Part shown: positions 28,496-37,624 of the stretch, piece after piece | Layout of the letters: each line of letters begins with the position of its first letter | How positions within the stretch are numbered: the first letter of the stretch is position 1 | Assembly (NCBI GenBank): GCA_963754315.1 | Contig: CAVWFS010000016.1 | Span: forward strand, 32,001-96,000 | Direction of reading: 5' to 3' | Length of the DNA: 64,000 bases | Origin: an uncultured Candidatus Rokubacteria bacterium | Lineage (GTDB): Bacteria > Methylomirabilota > Methylomirabilia > Rokubacteriales > CSP1-6 | Made by a program: the position numbers and the translations under genes | Notes under the pieces: model-generated | What the model was told of the DNA's origin: nothing | What the model saw: the letters and a program-made list of their open reading frames with translations, nothing else | The model's database searches: none

Positions 28496-30321
28496 TCATG
28501 AAGGTCCACCGCAGTAACTCGTAATAGCGTTCTTGAGGTTCTCTTCGGTTCCGAAACCAGGCGGGTAAGCATACTGGTGGGCCGCGTCACGGAGACTTGT
28601 GTACGTCAAGATCAGGGCTTGTTCGCTCTTCTGTACGCAATCTGGCTGGCGCGGAACTCCGAGGAAAACACCCGGCGGATTGGTTTTGCTCGGGTTCCAT
28701 TTACATATGACACCTTCATCCCCCGCACCTGCACCGAGGTTACAACCCCAAAGCTGCCCAGAACCGGACGGATGGGCAATGGCATATTGCGCGCCGGCTT
28801 GGCGATCGGGACGCTGCAGTTGACGAGGGTTTGCTCGTTGTAGCCGTATATCTTCGGCAAATGAACACACGCCGGCAAACTATTCTGGGCCGGGGTAATG
28901 GGAACGGAGGTCCCCCCGGGGGCAAAGACGACTCGGTAGAGCGGAGCGTCACAATCGTACACCTGAGGATCGTTTGGCCAGCTATACGCGCGGGGAAATA
29001 CCGTGTGCACCCTATCTTCGCCAATGCACTGGGAATCGGTGTTACTGGGGAAGACGTCGCGGCAATGACCCAACGGTGGCTGGGTCGAAGTGGTCCGCAC
29101 GTTCGTGAAGGGATTGACCCAGCCGAACGGAAAAGTGCACACATCGTCGGGACAGGTCTCGGCCGCGATGAAGCCTCGGAGCTGACAGGTGTTGTTGGTG
29201 GCGCTGCCGGGATTCTGCCAGCACGACGCGTGCACCCCGCTTTGCTGCTGGCAGTCGGCGTCACTCGTACAATGCTGCCCGTATTTGGTCCCATTTCCGG
29301 CACAAAATACGTTCCAACCGAGGCATCTGGGGTCGGACAGGTCGCAGGTGGGAAGTGGTTCGAGCGGGAACTTGTATTTCCCACAATTGTTGAAGCACGC
29401 CACCGTACGGTCCCCACCTTGCGGCTGGCCGCTATCATCGATGATGACATATCCGAAAACTTTTTGGTTGAAGGGGGGCTTGGGTATCCCCGTCAGGTCG
29501 GAGCGTTTGAGCCTGAAATCCGGCAGACAGTTCGCGTCGGCCCGCAAATCCTGGCCATGGACCGAAAGGGGAGAGTTCCGAATCTTGTCGTTCGGAACCA
29601 GCCAGGTGATGCTTTGAGGATTTCCCGGATCCAAAGCACTGCAGCCCACTTGCTCGATGTCCACGGTGAGGTTCACACCGTTGACCGCGCTGATGTCGAA
29701 ATTGTCTCTCAGGTAGGTCCCGCCCCCTTGTTTGGGCAGTTGCTGGGCGAAGTTCCACTCGGTAATGGTGGCGCCGCCGGGTGGCCCGAGCTTAGCCTTG
29801 CTGACATCATACTTACCGCCAGAACCCCCGGTCTCGCACTGAGCAATGTCCGCCGCGACATCATAACGACAACCAGTTCGCGCCCAGAGAATCGGACCCA
29901 GACTCCCTTCGGGGCCGGTGGATAACCACTCTTGCGGTATGTCGATGGTCAGGAAATTCTTACCCGACCCGACGGGTTCCATCACCCAGGTTCCTTCTCG
30001 CGGGAACACGGAGGTCGGATTGAGACCGGCTCGGTGGGCCGCGTTCGCTGTCCCCAGCAACGTCTGGTCGGTACAGTTGACCAGTTGCACCACTCTGACG
30101 CTGCCGCGTGGTTCGGGGATAGGCACGTTCGCTGCACAGGACTGAGCGTTGGCAGGCCCGGCGGAGAACAACTGGAGAACCGAACTGAATCCAAGAACCA
30201 GGCCCGCGACCGGTGAGATCTTGCGAGTCAGCGCAGCCCTGTCTTGACGCTTAACCAACCCTCGCGACGCAGCCGACGACGGACTGACCCACCGAAGGAA
30301 CCGAGCAGAGATTGCCATCAT
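28496..30321 (-). CDS. Secreted Cys-rich thaumatin-like protein (frameshift near 28800)
   Basis: Signal peptide ending ANA-Q; LVNCT, WARTGC, CETG, ATITEW, FDISAVNGVN, PRAYSWPND, YRVVFAP; coherent C-terminus continues in the 28496-28870 frame. Confidence 0.75.
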
Positions 30322-30546
30322 GACCCTCCCCGAGGAGCACGTCTTGAACGAACTACACTACAGTTGAACAAGTGACAATTTCTGTCAAGCGCCCAGTAAT
30401 TATTACGTTTCTGAGGCTTTTGTGAGGGCGTCCAGTTTCTGGTACCCGGTTCGGGTCGCCGTGCCCAGCGCGTGAGGGGCGGAGCCCATAGCGTGACGGA
30501 CGCTGGAAGCGTAGGAAGAGGGAATTTCAGGCCTCCAGCCAGGCTG

Positions 30547-30977
30547 TCAACCCACGAGGGGATTCACCGTGCGCAATCCCGGGAAACGTGCGAAGTCGCG
30601 GTCAGTCGTGCAGAGCACCGCGCCGGACTCGATAGCCAGCGCGGCCAGGGCGGCATCGCTGACGAGGGCCCCCGTCACCTGGGCTTGATGGAGGAGGTCC
30701 CTCAGGACGTTCCAGTATTGCTCACCTGGATCGATAGGCGCGACTGACGGCAACGCGAGCCAGGACGAAACCGTGCCTTCGGCCTCGCTCGTAGTGAGCG
30801 GCCGCTCGAACACCCGCGGACTCGTGCTGATCCGGATGAAGGCGACGATGGTCGCCCACGGCAGACGGATCGCCGCGCCACTGGAGAACTCCGCCTCCAT
30901 CCATGCGCGACACCGCTCGTGTTGCGCCGCGCGGGGTGATAGGCGTACAGCAGCACGTTGGCGTCGACGACAGTCAA
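30547..30977 (-). CDS. vapC: VapC PIN toxin (frameshift near 30935)
   Basis: VVDANVLLYAY / FIRIST, VSDAALAALAIE, TTDRDFARFPGL. Confidence 0.88.
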
Positions 30978-31222
30978 CGCGCGTCGGGGCCATCGACCAG
31001 ATCGAGGAGTTCGCCGATGTTGTCCAGGGACAAGCCGGGCCTGAGATTACCGAGGTCGCGGGGCTCGATGCGGAAGGGTGCCGGGCGGCTCCGCCCGCGG
31101 CCGGCCGTGAGCGCCACTCGCAAGCACTCGTTAAGGATAGTCTTGAATGGCTTGCCGGTTCGGCGGGCCTCGGCCTTGAGCTTAGCGACTACGTCCTCGT
31201 CCAGGGTCACCGTCGTCCGCAT
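30974..31222 (-). CDS. vapB: VapB ribbon-helix-helix antitoxin
   Basis: MRTTVTLDEDV...FKTILNECLR...SLDNIGELLD; 4-nt overlap with toxin. Confidence 0.88.
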   Translation of the reverse strand: MRTTVTLDEDVVAKLKAEARRTGKPFKTILNECLRVALTAGRGRSRPAPFRIEPRDLGNLRPGLSLDNIGELLDLVDGPDAR

Positions 31223-31229
31223 CTCACGT

Positions 31230-31258
31230 ATGCTATCAGCTTGGCATCAAGATGACAA
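31230..31258 (-). promoter_or_regulatory. Putative promoter for leaderless vapB
   Basis: TTGTCA-N17-TAGCAT-N7-ATG on minus strand; CATC-AA-GATG dyad at the spacer/-35 boundary. Confidence 0.55.
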
Positions 31259-31332
31259 TGTCGAGGATTCATGGTGCGCTACCGGGGCGGCCGTCGAGGC
31301 GGACGCAGTGCCATACTTCACGGGCCCCGGTG

Positions 31333-31872
31333 CTAGTGCGGGCGAATATCGTTGTTGGGGGTGTGGTCGCCGGCGAGCCAGCGCTTGAGGTCCTCGTGCG
31401 CGTGCTGGCGTTGGTGGGTGTTGATGCGCTCGACGTCCGGGTGGTCGACGGTGAACTCGAGCCGGAGGTTGTTGGGATCGGTCACGTAGAGCGACACGCA
31501 GTACCCGTGGTCAGTCACGCGCAGCGCATGGCCGTTGGCTTCGAGGCGCTCCTTGATCCCGCGCTGGGTCTCGGCATCGCACTCGAAGGCTAGGTGGCCG
31601 GGCGAGTTCAGGTCCACTGGCCGCTCGTCCTGGTCGGCGTGCTGGAAGAAGGCCAGCGCGCCGCCGTCGGCAAAGGCGAAGAAGGTGTGAACGTACTCGC
31701 GCATGGCGCCACCACCCAGGGGAGCCCTCTCCGCCCAGGTGGCCACCAGGGGTAGCCCGAGGACATCTTCGTAGAAGTGCCGCGTCGCCTCCATGTCGCG
31801 CGTAACCCAGGCCGCATGGTGTAGCCGCCGGGGCCGCTTCACGCCCGCGGCTGAAGTGTGAGCCTTGTCCAT
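31333..31872 (-). CDS. VOC/glyoxalase family protein
   Basis: LHHAAW, FYEDVLGL, HTFF, HLAF, DHGYCVSLYVTDPN.LRLEF. Confidence 0.9.
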   Translation of the reverse strand: MDKAHTSAAGVKRPRRLHHAAWVTRDMEATRHFYEDVLGLPLVATWAERAPLGGGAMREYVHTFFAFADGGALAFFQHADQDERPVDLNSPGHLAFECDAETQRGIKERLEANGHALRVTDHGYCVSLYVTDPNNLRLEFTVDHPDVERINTHQRQHAHEDLKRWLAGDHTPNNDIRPH

Positions 31873-31938
31873 ATCGGCGTCTCCTCGAGGATGCGCTTTG
31901 GCGCAGTATAATCCCCCACGGCACATAGGGAGGCGAGC

Positions 31939-32856
31939 ATGCTTGCGATCGAGCCGACGGGACAGATCCTCGGGGCGACGGTCAGGGGTGTCGACCTCGC
32001 CAAGCCCTTGAGCGACCCGGACTTCGCGGCGATTCTGCTGGCGCTCGGACACCATGGCGTGCTGCGATTCCCCGATCAGCGGCTGGAGGCGACCGCCCTG
32101 AGGGACTTCTCCCAGCGCTTCGGCCGAATCCAGGGCATGTTGAGCGGACGGCATCACGAACCGGGCGTTCCCGAGGTGGGCATTCTCTCGAACATCGTCG
32201 AGAACGGCGAGGCAATCGGGCTCGCCGATGCCGGGCAAGACTGGCACACCGATATGTCCTACAACGAGACCATCGGGTTCTTGAACGTGCTCTACGCCGT
32301 CAAGGTGCCCCGACGCGACGGCCAGGTGCTGGGAGCGACGGTGTTCGTCAACACCCAGGCGGCCTGGGAGGATCTCTCGCCCGAGATCAAAGGGCGGCTC
32401 CAGCACGCGACCGCCACGCACGATTTCAACAAGTTCTGGGAGAACATGCGGCGGCGACCCGGCAGCGCCCGAGGGCCGCTGACCGAGGAGCAGCGCCGGA
32501 AACGTCCGCCTTCGGTCCACCCTGTCTTCCTGACCCATCCCATCACAGGGCGGACTGTGCTCTATTGCAATCCTGGTTACGCCATCCGCATCAACGAGCT
32601 CGACGAAGTCGAGAGCGACCGGATGCTGGCGACATTGTTCGCGCACCAGCTCCAGCCGAAGTACCAGTACACGCACCGCTGGACCGAGGGGGACGTGCTG
32701 GTGTGGGACCACATCGGCACGCTCCACAACGCCATCGCCGACTACCGGCCCGACGAGCACCGGCTGATGAAGCGCTGCCAAGTGATGGCGGACCGGATCT
32801 TCGATCCCGCCTTCCTCCGATCCGCGCTGTCCGCGGCAGCCGTGCCCGCGGCCTGA
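31939..32856 (+). CDS. TauD/TfdA family Fe/2-oxoglutarate dioxygenase
   Basis: WHTDMSY, HPVFLTHPITG, WDHIGTLH; TATAAT and GGAGG upstream. Confidence 0.93.
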   Translation: MLAIEPTGQILGATVRGVDLAKPLSDPDFAAILLALGHHGVLRFPDQRLEATALRDFSQRFGRIQGMLSGRHHEPGVPEVGILSNIVENGEAIGLADAGQDWHTDMSYNETIGFLNVLYAVKVPRRDGQVLGATVFVNTQAAWEDLSPEIKGRLQHATATHDFNKFWENMRRRPGSARGPLTEEQRRKRPPSVHPVFLTHPITGRTVLYCNPGYAIRINELDEVESDRMLATLFAHQLQPKYQYTHRWTEGDVLVWDHIGTLHNAIADYRPDEHRLMKRCQVMADRIFDPAFLRSALSAAAVPAA

Positions 32857-32965
32857 ACCCGCGCCCGGCTGGCGTTTCGTGCCGGTCCTCGAGCAGATCG
32901 CGCGCTGAGGGCCCTCACGGGCCGAGCGACGGCAGATCACTTTCCGCCGGGTCCGGCCAGCCCCG

Positions 32966-34024
32966 CTAGGGCCGGAACACGGCGAACACCTTGTCGGAGT
33001 TCGTGATCCACGACTCCAGGAACACTGACTCGTCGGGCCGACGCCCCAGCTCGGCCATCGCTCCCGCCAAACAGAACCAGTTCAGCAGCTCGTGGTGGCC
33101 GCGGTCCTCCGCCTCCTCGATGACGGTGTTTCGCCACGTTGCCCAATCACCGTCGCGCAGGGCTTCGTAGTAGCGCCGGTCCGACGGGACGTCGGGGAAC
33201 ATCAGCGAGTTCTTGGCGACCAGGAACGAATGGCTCCAGCTTGACGACGCGATGACCGCCACCCGCCACGGGCTCTGCGTGAGTGCGCGGGCCACGGCGG
33301 CGCCCACCTGGAAACATCGCCACGGCTGCGGACCAGGTGGATCGAGGTCAGCCTGACCACCGAGCTTCGCCGCCTGCGACGGTGTCATCGGGGCCCCGTG
33401 AGCCCCGATCAGCCAGCGTCCGTAGGCATTGACGGTGAACGGGACTACAGGGTAGGGGAATCCCTTGCGGTCGATGTCGAGGTAGAGAACCGAGTTCACG
33501 AAGGCGTGACCGAGCGGCTGGTGCAGGGGCTTGTAGGCGTAGGCCATGTCAACCCCTTCGCCGAGGAGTGCTGAGACCAGGGCCTTGGCGCCCGCCCGGT
33601 GGCCGGCGATCGTGAATGTCTTGTCCGCGGGCTCATCCCACCAGTTCTCGCCGCGGGCATGCCCCTTCCAGGGCTGCACGTCGACCGAGTCGTACGCGAG
33701 CACCGAGAAGGGCGGTACGCAGTCCTCTCGATAGTTCTCGTACTGGTCGTCGCCCCAGAGCAAGACGAAGTCGGGCTGAAACGCATCCAGCTCGGCGCGG
33801 GCCTTTCGGAAGTGGTGGATCAGGTCATTGCGGTGCTTCTGGGAGTGGTTCCACCCCTCGTCGGTGCTCCACTGCTCCCGCATGGTGGGATGCCAGTTCT
33901 CGGGTGAGCGCAGGCGCTCGGGGAGCAGCGGGTCGGCCAGGAGCAGCTTGATGCGGCTCGACATGTTGCCCTTGTACGACATCGGCGGGTAGTGGGTGAT
34001 GCCGAGTCCCAGGATCTGACCCAT
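32966..34024 (-). CDS. LigB-like extradiol ring-cleavage dioxygenase
   Basis: GITHYP, GDDQYEN, LGHAF, SSSWSH, HELLNW. Confidence 0.8.
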   Translation of the reverse strand: MGQILGLGITHYPPMSYKGNMSSRIKLLLADPLLPERLRSPENWHPTMREQWSTDEGWNHSQKHRNDLIHHFRKARAELDAFQPDFVLLWGDDQYENYREDCVPPFSVLAYDSVDVQPWKGHARGENWWDEPADKTFTIAGHRAGAKALVSALLGEGVDMAYAYKPLHQPLGHAFVNSVLYLDIDRKGFPYPVVPFTVNAYGRWLIGAHGAPMTPSQAAKLGGQADLDPPGPQPWRCFQVGAAVARALTQSPWRVAVIASSSWSHSFLVAKNSLMFPDVPSDRRYYEALRDGDWATWRNTVIEEAEDRGHHELLNWFCLAGAMAELGRRPDESVFLESWITNSDKVFAVFRP

Positions 34025-34049
34025 CGGTCCCTCCTTGCTGACGAACCGC

Positions 34050-35081
34050 CTACGGCACGCGAAGGACCAGCTTGCCGAAGAAGTCGCGTCCGCTCATGAC
34101 CTCGTGCGCTTTGGCAGCGTCGGCCAGCTCGAACGTCCGCCCCACGACGCCGCGCAGGCCACCGTAGTGCACCATGTGCATCATCGCCGCAAAGCTGCGG
34201 CGACTCCGCGCTCCGCTCCCCATCAAGGTCAAGGGCCGGCCCTGGAGAGTCGCGAGATTGAACGGGATCTGGCTCCCCGAGGTCGTCCCGGTGATGACCA
34301 GCCGGCCCCCGGGCTTGAGGCTGGCTAGACTCTCGTCCCACAGGGAAGCGCCGACACAGTCGAACACCACGTCCACGCCGCGCCCGTCGGTAAGCTCCTT
34401 GACCCGCTGGCTGAATTTCGGAGTGGTCGTGTAATTGATGACCTCATGAGCGCCGAGCGCCCGGGCCTTCTCCAGCTTCCAATCGCTCCCCGCTGTTGCG
34501 ATGACCCGGGCGCCGAGGCCCTTGGCCATCAAGAGCCCGAAACTCCCGACACCACTGCCGACGGCCTGGATCAGGATGTCTTCCCAGGGCTGAAGCTGCA
34601 CCCGCTCGATAAGGCAATGCCAGGCAGTGTGGCCAGCGAGCGGGAGGGTGGCCGCCTCTTCGAATCCCATCCAGTCGGGGATGCGTTGCAAGTTGGCGGC
34701 GGGAACCCTGCAGAACTGGGCGTGCCCGCCGTCGAGCTCTCCGCCAAGCCGCTTCTGAGCCTCGCAGAATTCGTCGCGCCCCTCCACACATGGCCGGCAG
34801 TTCCCGCATTTGACCCGGTTCTCCACCACGACCCGGTCACCCTCTTTCCATCCTGTGACTCCGGCTCCGAGCCGCGCCACTTCCCCCGCCATGTCGAGTC
34901 CCAGGATGCGTGGCAACCCGCCCGTCGGTGATCGGCCCGCGCGGATGCTGAGATCGGCGTGATTGAGCGCCGTGCCCTTGACGCGGACGACGACCTCACC
35001 CGGCCCCGCCTGCGGGTCAGGCCGGTCGCCAAAGAGGAGCTTCTCCGGCCCGCCAGGCTCGGATATGTAGACAGCTTTCAT
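34050..35081 (-). CDS. MDR-family zinc-binding oxidoreductase (quinone-reductase-like)
   Basis: ALNHAD, LGLDMAG, structural Zn site CGNCRPC-X7-C, GSGVG, GKLVL. Confidence 0.9.
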   Translation of the reverse strand: MKAVYISEPGGPEKLLFGDRPDPQAGPGEVVVRVKGTALNHADLSIRAGRSPTGGLPRILGLDMAGEVARLGAGVTGWKEGDRVVVENRVKCGNCRPCVEGRDEFCEAQKRLGGELDGGHAQFCRVPAANLQRIPDWMGFEEAATLPLAGHTAWHCLIERVQLQPWEDILIQAVGSGVGSFGLLMAKGLGARVIATAGSDWKLEKARALGAHEVINYTTTPKFSQRVKELTDGRGVDVVFDCVGASLWDESLASLKPGGRLVITGTTSGSQIPFNLATLQGRPLTLMGSGARSRRSFAAMMHMVHYGGLRGVVGRTFELADAAKAHEVMSGRDFFGKLVLRVP

Positions 35082-35233
35082 TCAGTCGGCCACTTTCCGT
35101 TCGAGATCCGCTCGCGTGGTGGATCGTGCGCCGCGCACGGAGCGCTCCGTGGGCAGCATCATCGGACAGGGGCGAAAGCCCGTCAAGCCGCAGGGTGAAC
35201 GACAGCGGTAGCGGGGCTGGGCTACACTCGGGC

Positions 35234-36283
35234 ATGGAATCTGTCCCCCTGCGGTCGGCGGCCTACGAGGCCGACGATGCGTTCGAGGCCAACGAGTTGT
35301 TCCAGGCCAACGGATGGACCGATGGATTGCCGATCGTCCCACCGACCGAGTCAGCCACGCGGCGCTTTCTGGAAGCGGCCGGGCTCTCGCCTGAAGACGT
35401 CATAGCCACCGAGCCTGTGCGTCGGCGCCGGATCACCGCCGAGAAGGTCGCGATCGCCGCGGTCATGGCCGGCTGCCGTCCGGAATACATGCCGGTGGTC
35501 ACGGCTCTCGTGCGCGCCATGTGCGAGCCCGCCTTCGCGCTGCACGGCTGTACGGCGAGCACAGGCGGCAGCGCGCCGTTCGTGGTGGTCAACGGTCCTA
35601 TTCGACGGACCCTTGGCATGCACGCCACCCACAACGCTCTTGGCAATGGCAGCCGTCCCAATGCCACGATCGGCCGGAGCTTGAGACTGCTCATCATCAA
35701 TGTCCTGGGTGGGATCCCGGGTCAGCTTGATCGCTCCACCCTCGGACATCCCGGCAAGTTCACGTTCTGCCTGGCCGAGGACGAGGAAGGCAGTCCCTGG
35801 CTTCCACTGGCGACCGAGCGCGGCGTGCCGGCTGGGAAGTCGGCCGTGACCCTGCTTGCTGCCCAGTCGCCCCACCAGGTGATGAACGAGTGGACCATGG
35901 ATCCCCGCGAGCTGCTCGAGACCTACGCGGCGGCCATTCGCCACAACATGCTGACCTACTCCATCTGGTCGGGGAACTACGCGATGGTGATGGCTCCCCA
36001 GCATCGCGACCCAATTGCCGCAGCCGGGTGGACCAAGCGCGATATCCGCGAGTACGTCTTCGAGCGCGCGCGCGTGACGCGCCGTGAGTGGCGGACAGTC
36101 GGCAAGGCGGCCGTGGCAGGCCGCAAGGATGAAGCGCGCGTCTACCCGGCGCTGCAATCGCCGGATGACCTGCTGGTCATCGCGGCCGGCGGGCCGGCCG
36201 GTGGGTTTGGTATGGTCATTCCGCCCTGGTACGGCTCGAAGTCCCTGGCCGTTACTCGTGCCATCGAGGAGAAGACGACGTGA
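35234..36283 (+). CDS. Conserved hypothetical protein partnered with the UGSC protein
   Basis: GWTDGLPIVPPT, EKVAIAAVMAGC, NATIGR, LGHPGK; GTGA overlap with next gene. Confidence 0.8.
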   Translation: MESVPLRSAAYEADDAFEANELFQANGWTDGLPIVPPTESATRRFLEAAGLSPEDVIATEPVRRRRITAEKVAIAAVMAGCRPEYMPVVTALVRAMCEPAFALHGCTASTGGSAPFVVVNGPIRRTLGMHATHNALGNGSRPNATIGRSLRLLIINVLGGIPGQLDRSTLGHPGKFTFCLAEDEEGSPWLPLATERGVPAGKSAVTLLAAQSPHQVMNEWTMDPRELLETYAAAIRHNMLTYSIWSGNYAMVMAPQHRDPIAAAGWTKRDIREYVFERARVTRREWRTVGKAAVAGRKDEARVYPALQSPDDLLVIAAGGPAGGFGMVIPPWYGSKSLAVTRAIEEKTT

Positions 36284-36813
36284 GCTTGAAAGTCCTCGAC
36301 CCACGCCTGGATCCTGAGGGAGAAGCCGTCCGACAAGCACCGGCGCTACGCGGTCTCCAGGGGACCACGATCGGTCTGCTCGACAACGCCAAGATCGGGA
36401 CGGGGGGCCTCTACGATCACCTGGAAAGAATTCTGCGCGAGCGCCATGGGGTGCGCGCATTCATCCGCCGGCGGAAACCGGACACCAGCCGCCCGGTGCC
36501 GGGCCCGATGCTGGGCGAGCTGTCGGCGGCTGACGCCATCGTCTCCGGCATCGGCGATTGAGGGAGCTGCTCGTCGTGCAGTCTGCACGACGCCCTGGCC
36601 GCTGAGCAGCGCGGGATTCCGGCGGTCGCTGTGATCACGGACCGCTTCGCGGAGAGCGTCCGCGGCATCGCAGCCGTCAACGGCCTGCCCGACTACCCCT
36701 TCGCGATCATCGCTCACCCCATTGCCGACAACGACGGCGAGGCGCTCCGCGTGAAAGCCGAGCAGGTAGCCGAGCAGCTCGTCCCCCTGCTGCTCCATCG
36801 CCCAGTGAGCTAG
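36280..36813 (+). CDS. UGSC-family selenoprotein (Sec at TGA 36559-36561), 177 aa
   Basis: ORFs 36280-36561 and 36631-36813 are in one frame; readthrough gives GIGD-U-GSCSSCSLHD...EQRGIPAV. Confidence 0.85.
36572..36592 (+). promoter_or_regulatory. Putative bacterial SECIS hairpin
   Basis: CGTCGTGCA-GTC-TGCACGACG, perfect 9-bp stem beginning 11 nt after the UGA, G in the loop. Confidence 0.7.
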
Positions 36814-36905
36814 CCGAGGCGCGGCGAGCGGAGGTCGGCTTGGGGAACTCCGGTCGGTGCCGTGATTCCGTCCAGCGGGGGCGCTGGCTTCGGCGAGAAA
36901 CACGC

Positions 36906-37235
36906 TCATTGACCGCACTCGAGTGCGAAGGCGAGCGCCGCGCACACGTCACGCATGCGCTCGGCCCCCAACTGCGCAACCCGACGACCCAGGCCATCCT
37001 TGGCAACCGTCACCACGTTGTGCAGGTTGACTGCGCACGGCTGCTTCATTCCATCTTCGGTCCCCAAGGCCACCTCGGACGGAACGCCACGGATCGTCGA
37101 GGTGATGGGGGCCACCGTGACTCGAGCCAGGTAGCCGAGCGCCGATCGGCGGGTCAGGATGAGGACCGGTCGCTCCTTGTCGGGTGGGCGGAACCGGAAG
37201 AGGCGGACCTCGCCTCGCTCTAGTCGTCCGGCCAC
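36906..37235 (-). CDS. mazF: PemK/MazF family toxin
   Basis: RGEV, KERPVLILT, VAPITSTIRG, AVNLHNVVTV, ALAFALE. Confidence 0.9.
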   Translation of the reverse strand: MAGRLERGEVRLFRFRPPDKERPVLILTRRSALGYLARVTVAPITSTIRGVPSEVALGTEDGMKQPCAVNLHNVVTVAKDGLGRRVAQLGAERMRDVCAALAFALECGQ

Positions 37236-37453
37236 GCCGCGACCCTGTCCCAAACGCCAAACTCGGCCCTGGCGATCGGGTGTTGTGCGTAACCCTCACG
37301 GTCGCGCTGTTCCAGGTCGCGGATCCTGAGTCGGCTCAAGTGTTCGCGCAGCGCGTCCCGGATGAGCGCGGACCGATTCACTTTCAGTCGCCGGACAGCC
37401 CGATCCGTCGCCTGGAGCAAGGACTCTTCGAGCACCACCTGAATCGTCGTCAT
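37220..37453 (-). CDS. Ribbon-helix-helix antitoxin
   Basis: MTTIQVVLEESLL...NRSALIRDALREHL...EGYAQHP. Confidence 0.87.
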   Translation of the reverse strand: MTTIQVVLEESLLQATDRAVRRLKVNRSALIRDALREHLSRLRIRDLEQRDREGYAQHPIARAEFGVWDRVAAWPDD

Positions 37454-37484
37454 ATGTGGATCGTACTCCACATGATCTTCCACA
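37454..37484 (-). promoter_or_regulatory. Operator palindrome over -10 box of the mazF operon
   Basis: ATGTGGA-TCGTAC-TCCACAT plus a third TCCACA half-site; minus strand TACGAT-N6-ATG. Confidence 0.65.
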
Positions 37485-37624
37485 GTCCAGTTCCGGCCAG
37501 CAATGGGAGATCGAGGCCCTGGAACCTTCCGGGCGAGGCGGCGCTGAGCGTGGATCCAGAGTGGAGCCAACACCTCATGGAACCTTCATCGGCTGGTACT
37601 TGCTGCACGACCACTGACAGCGAA

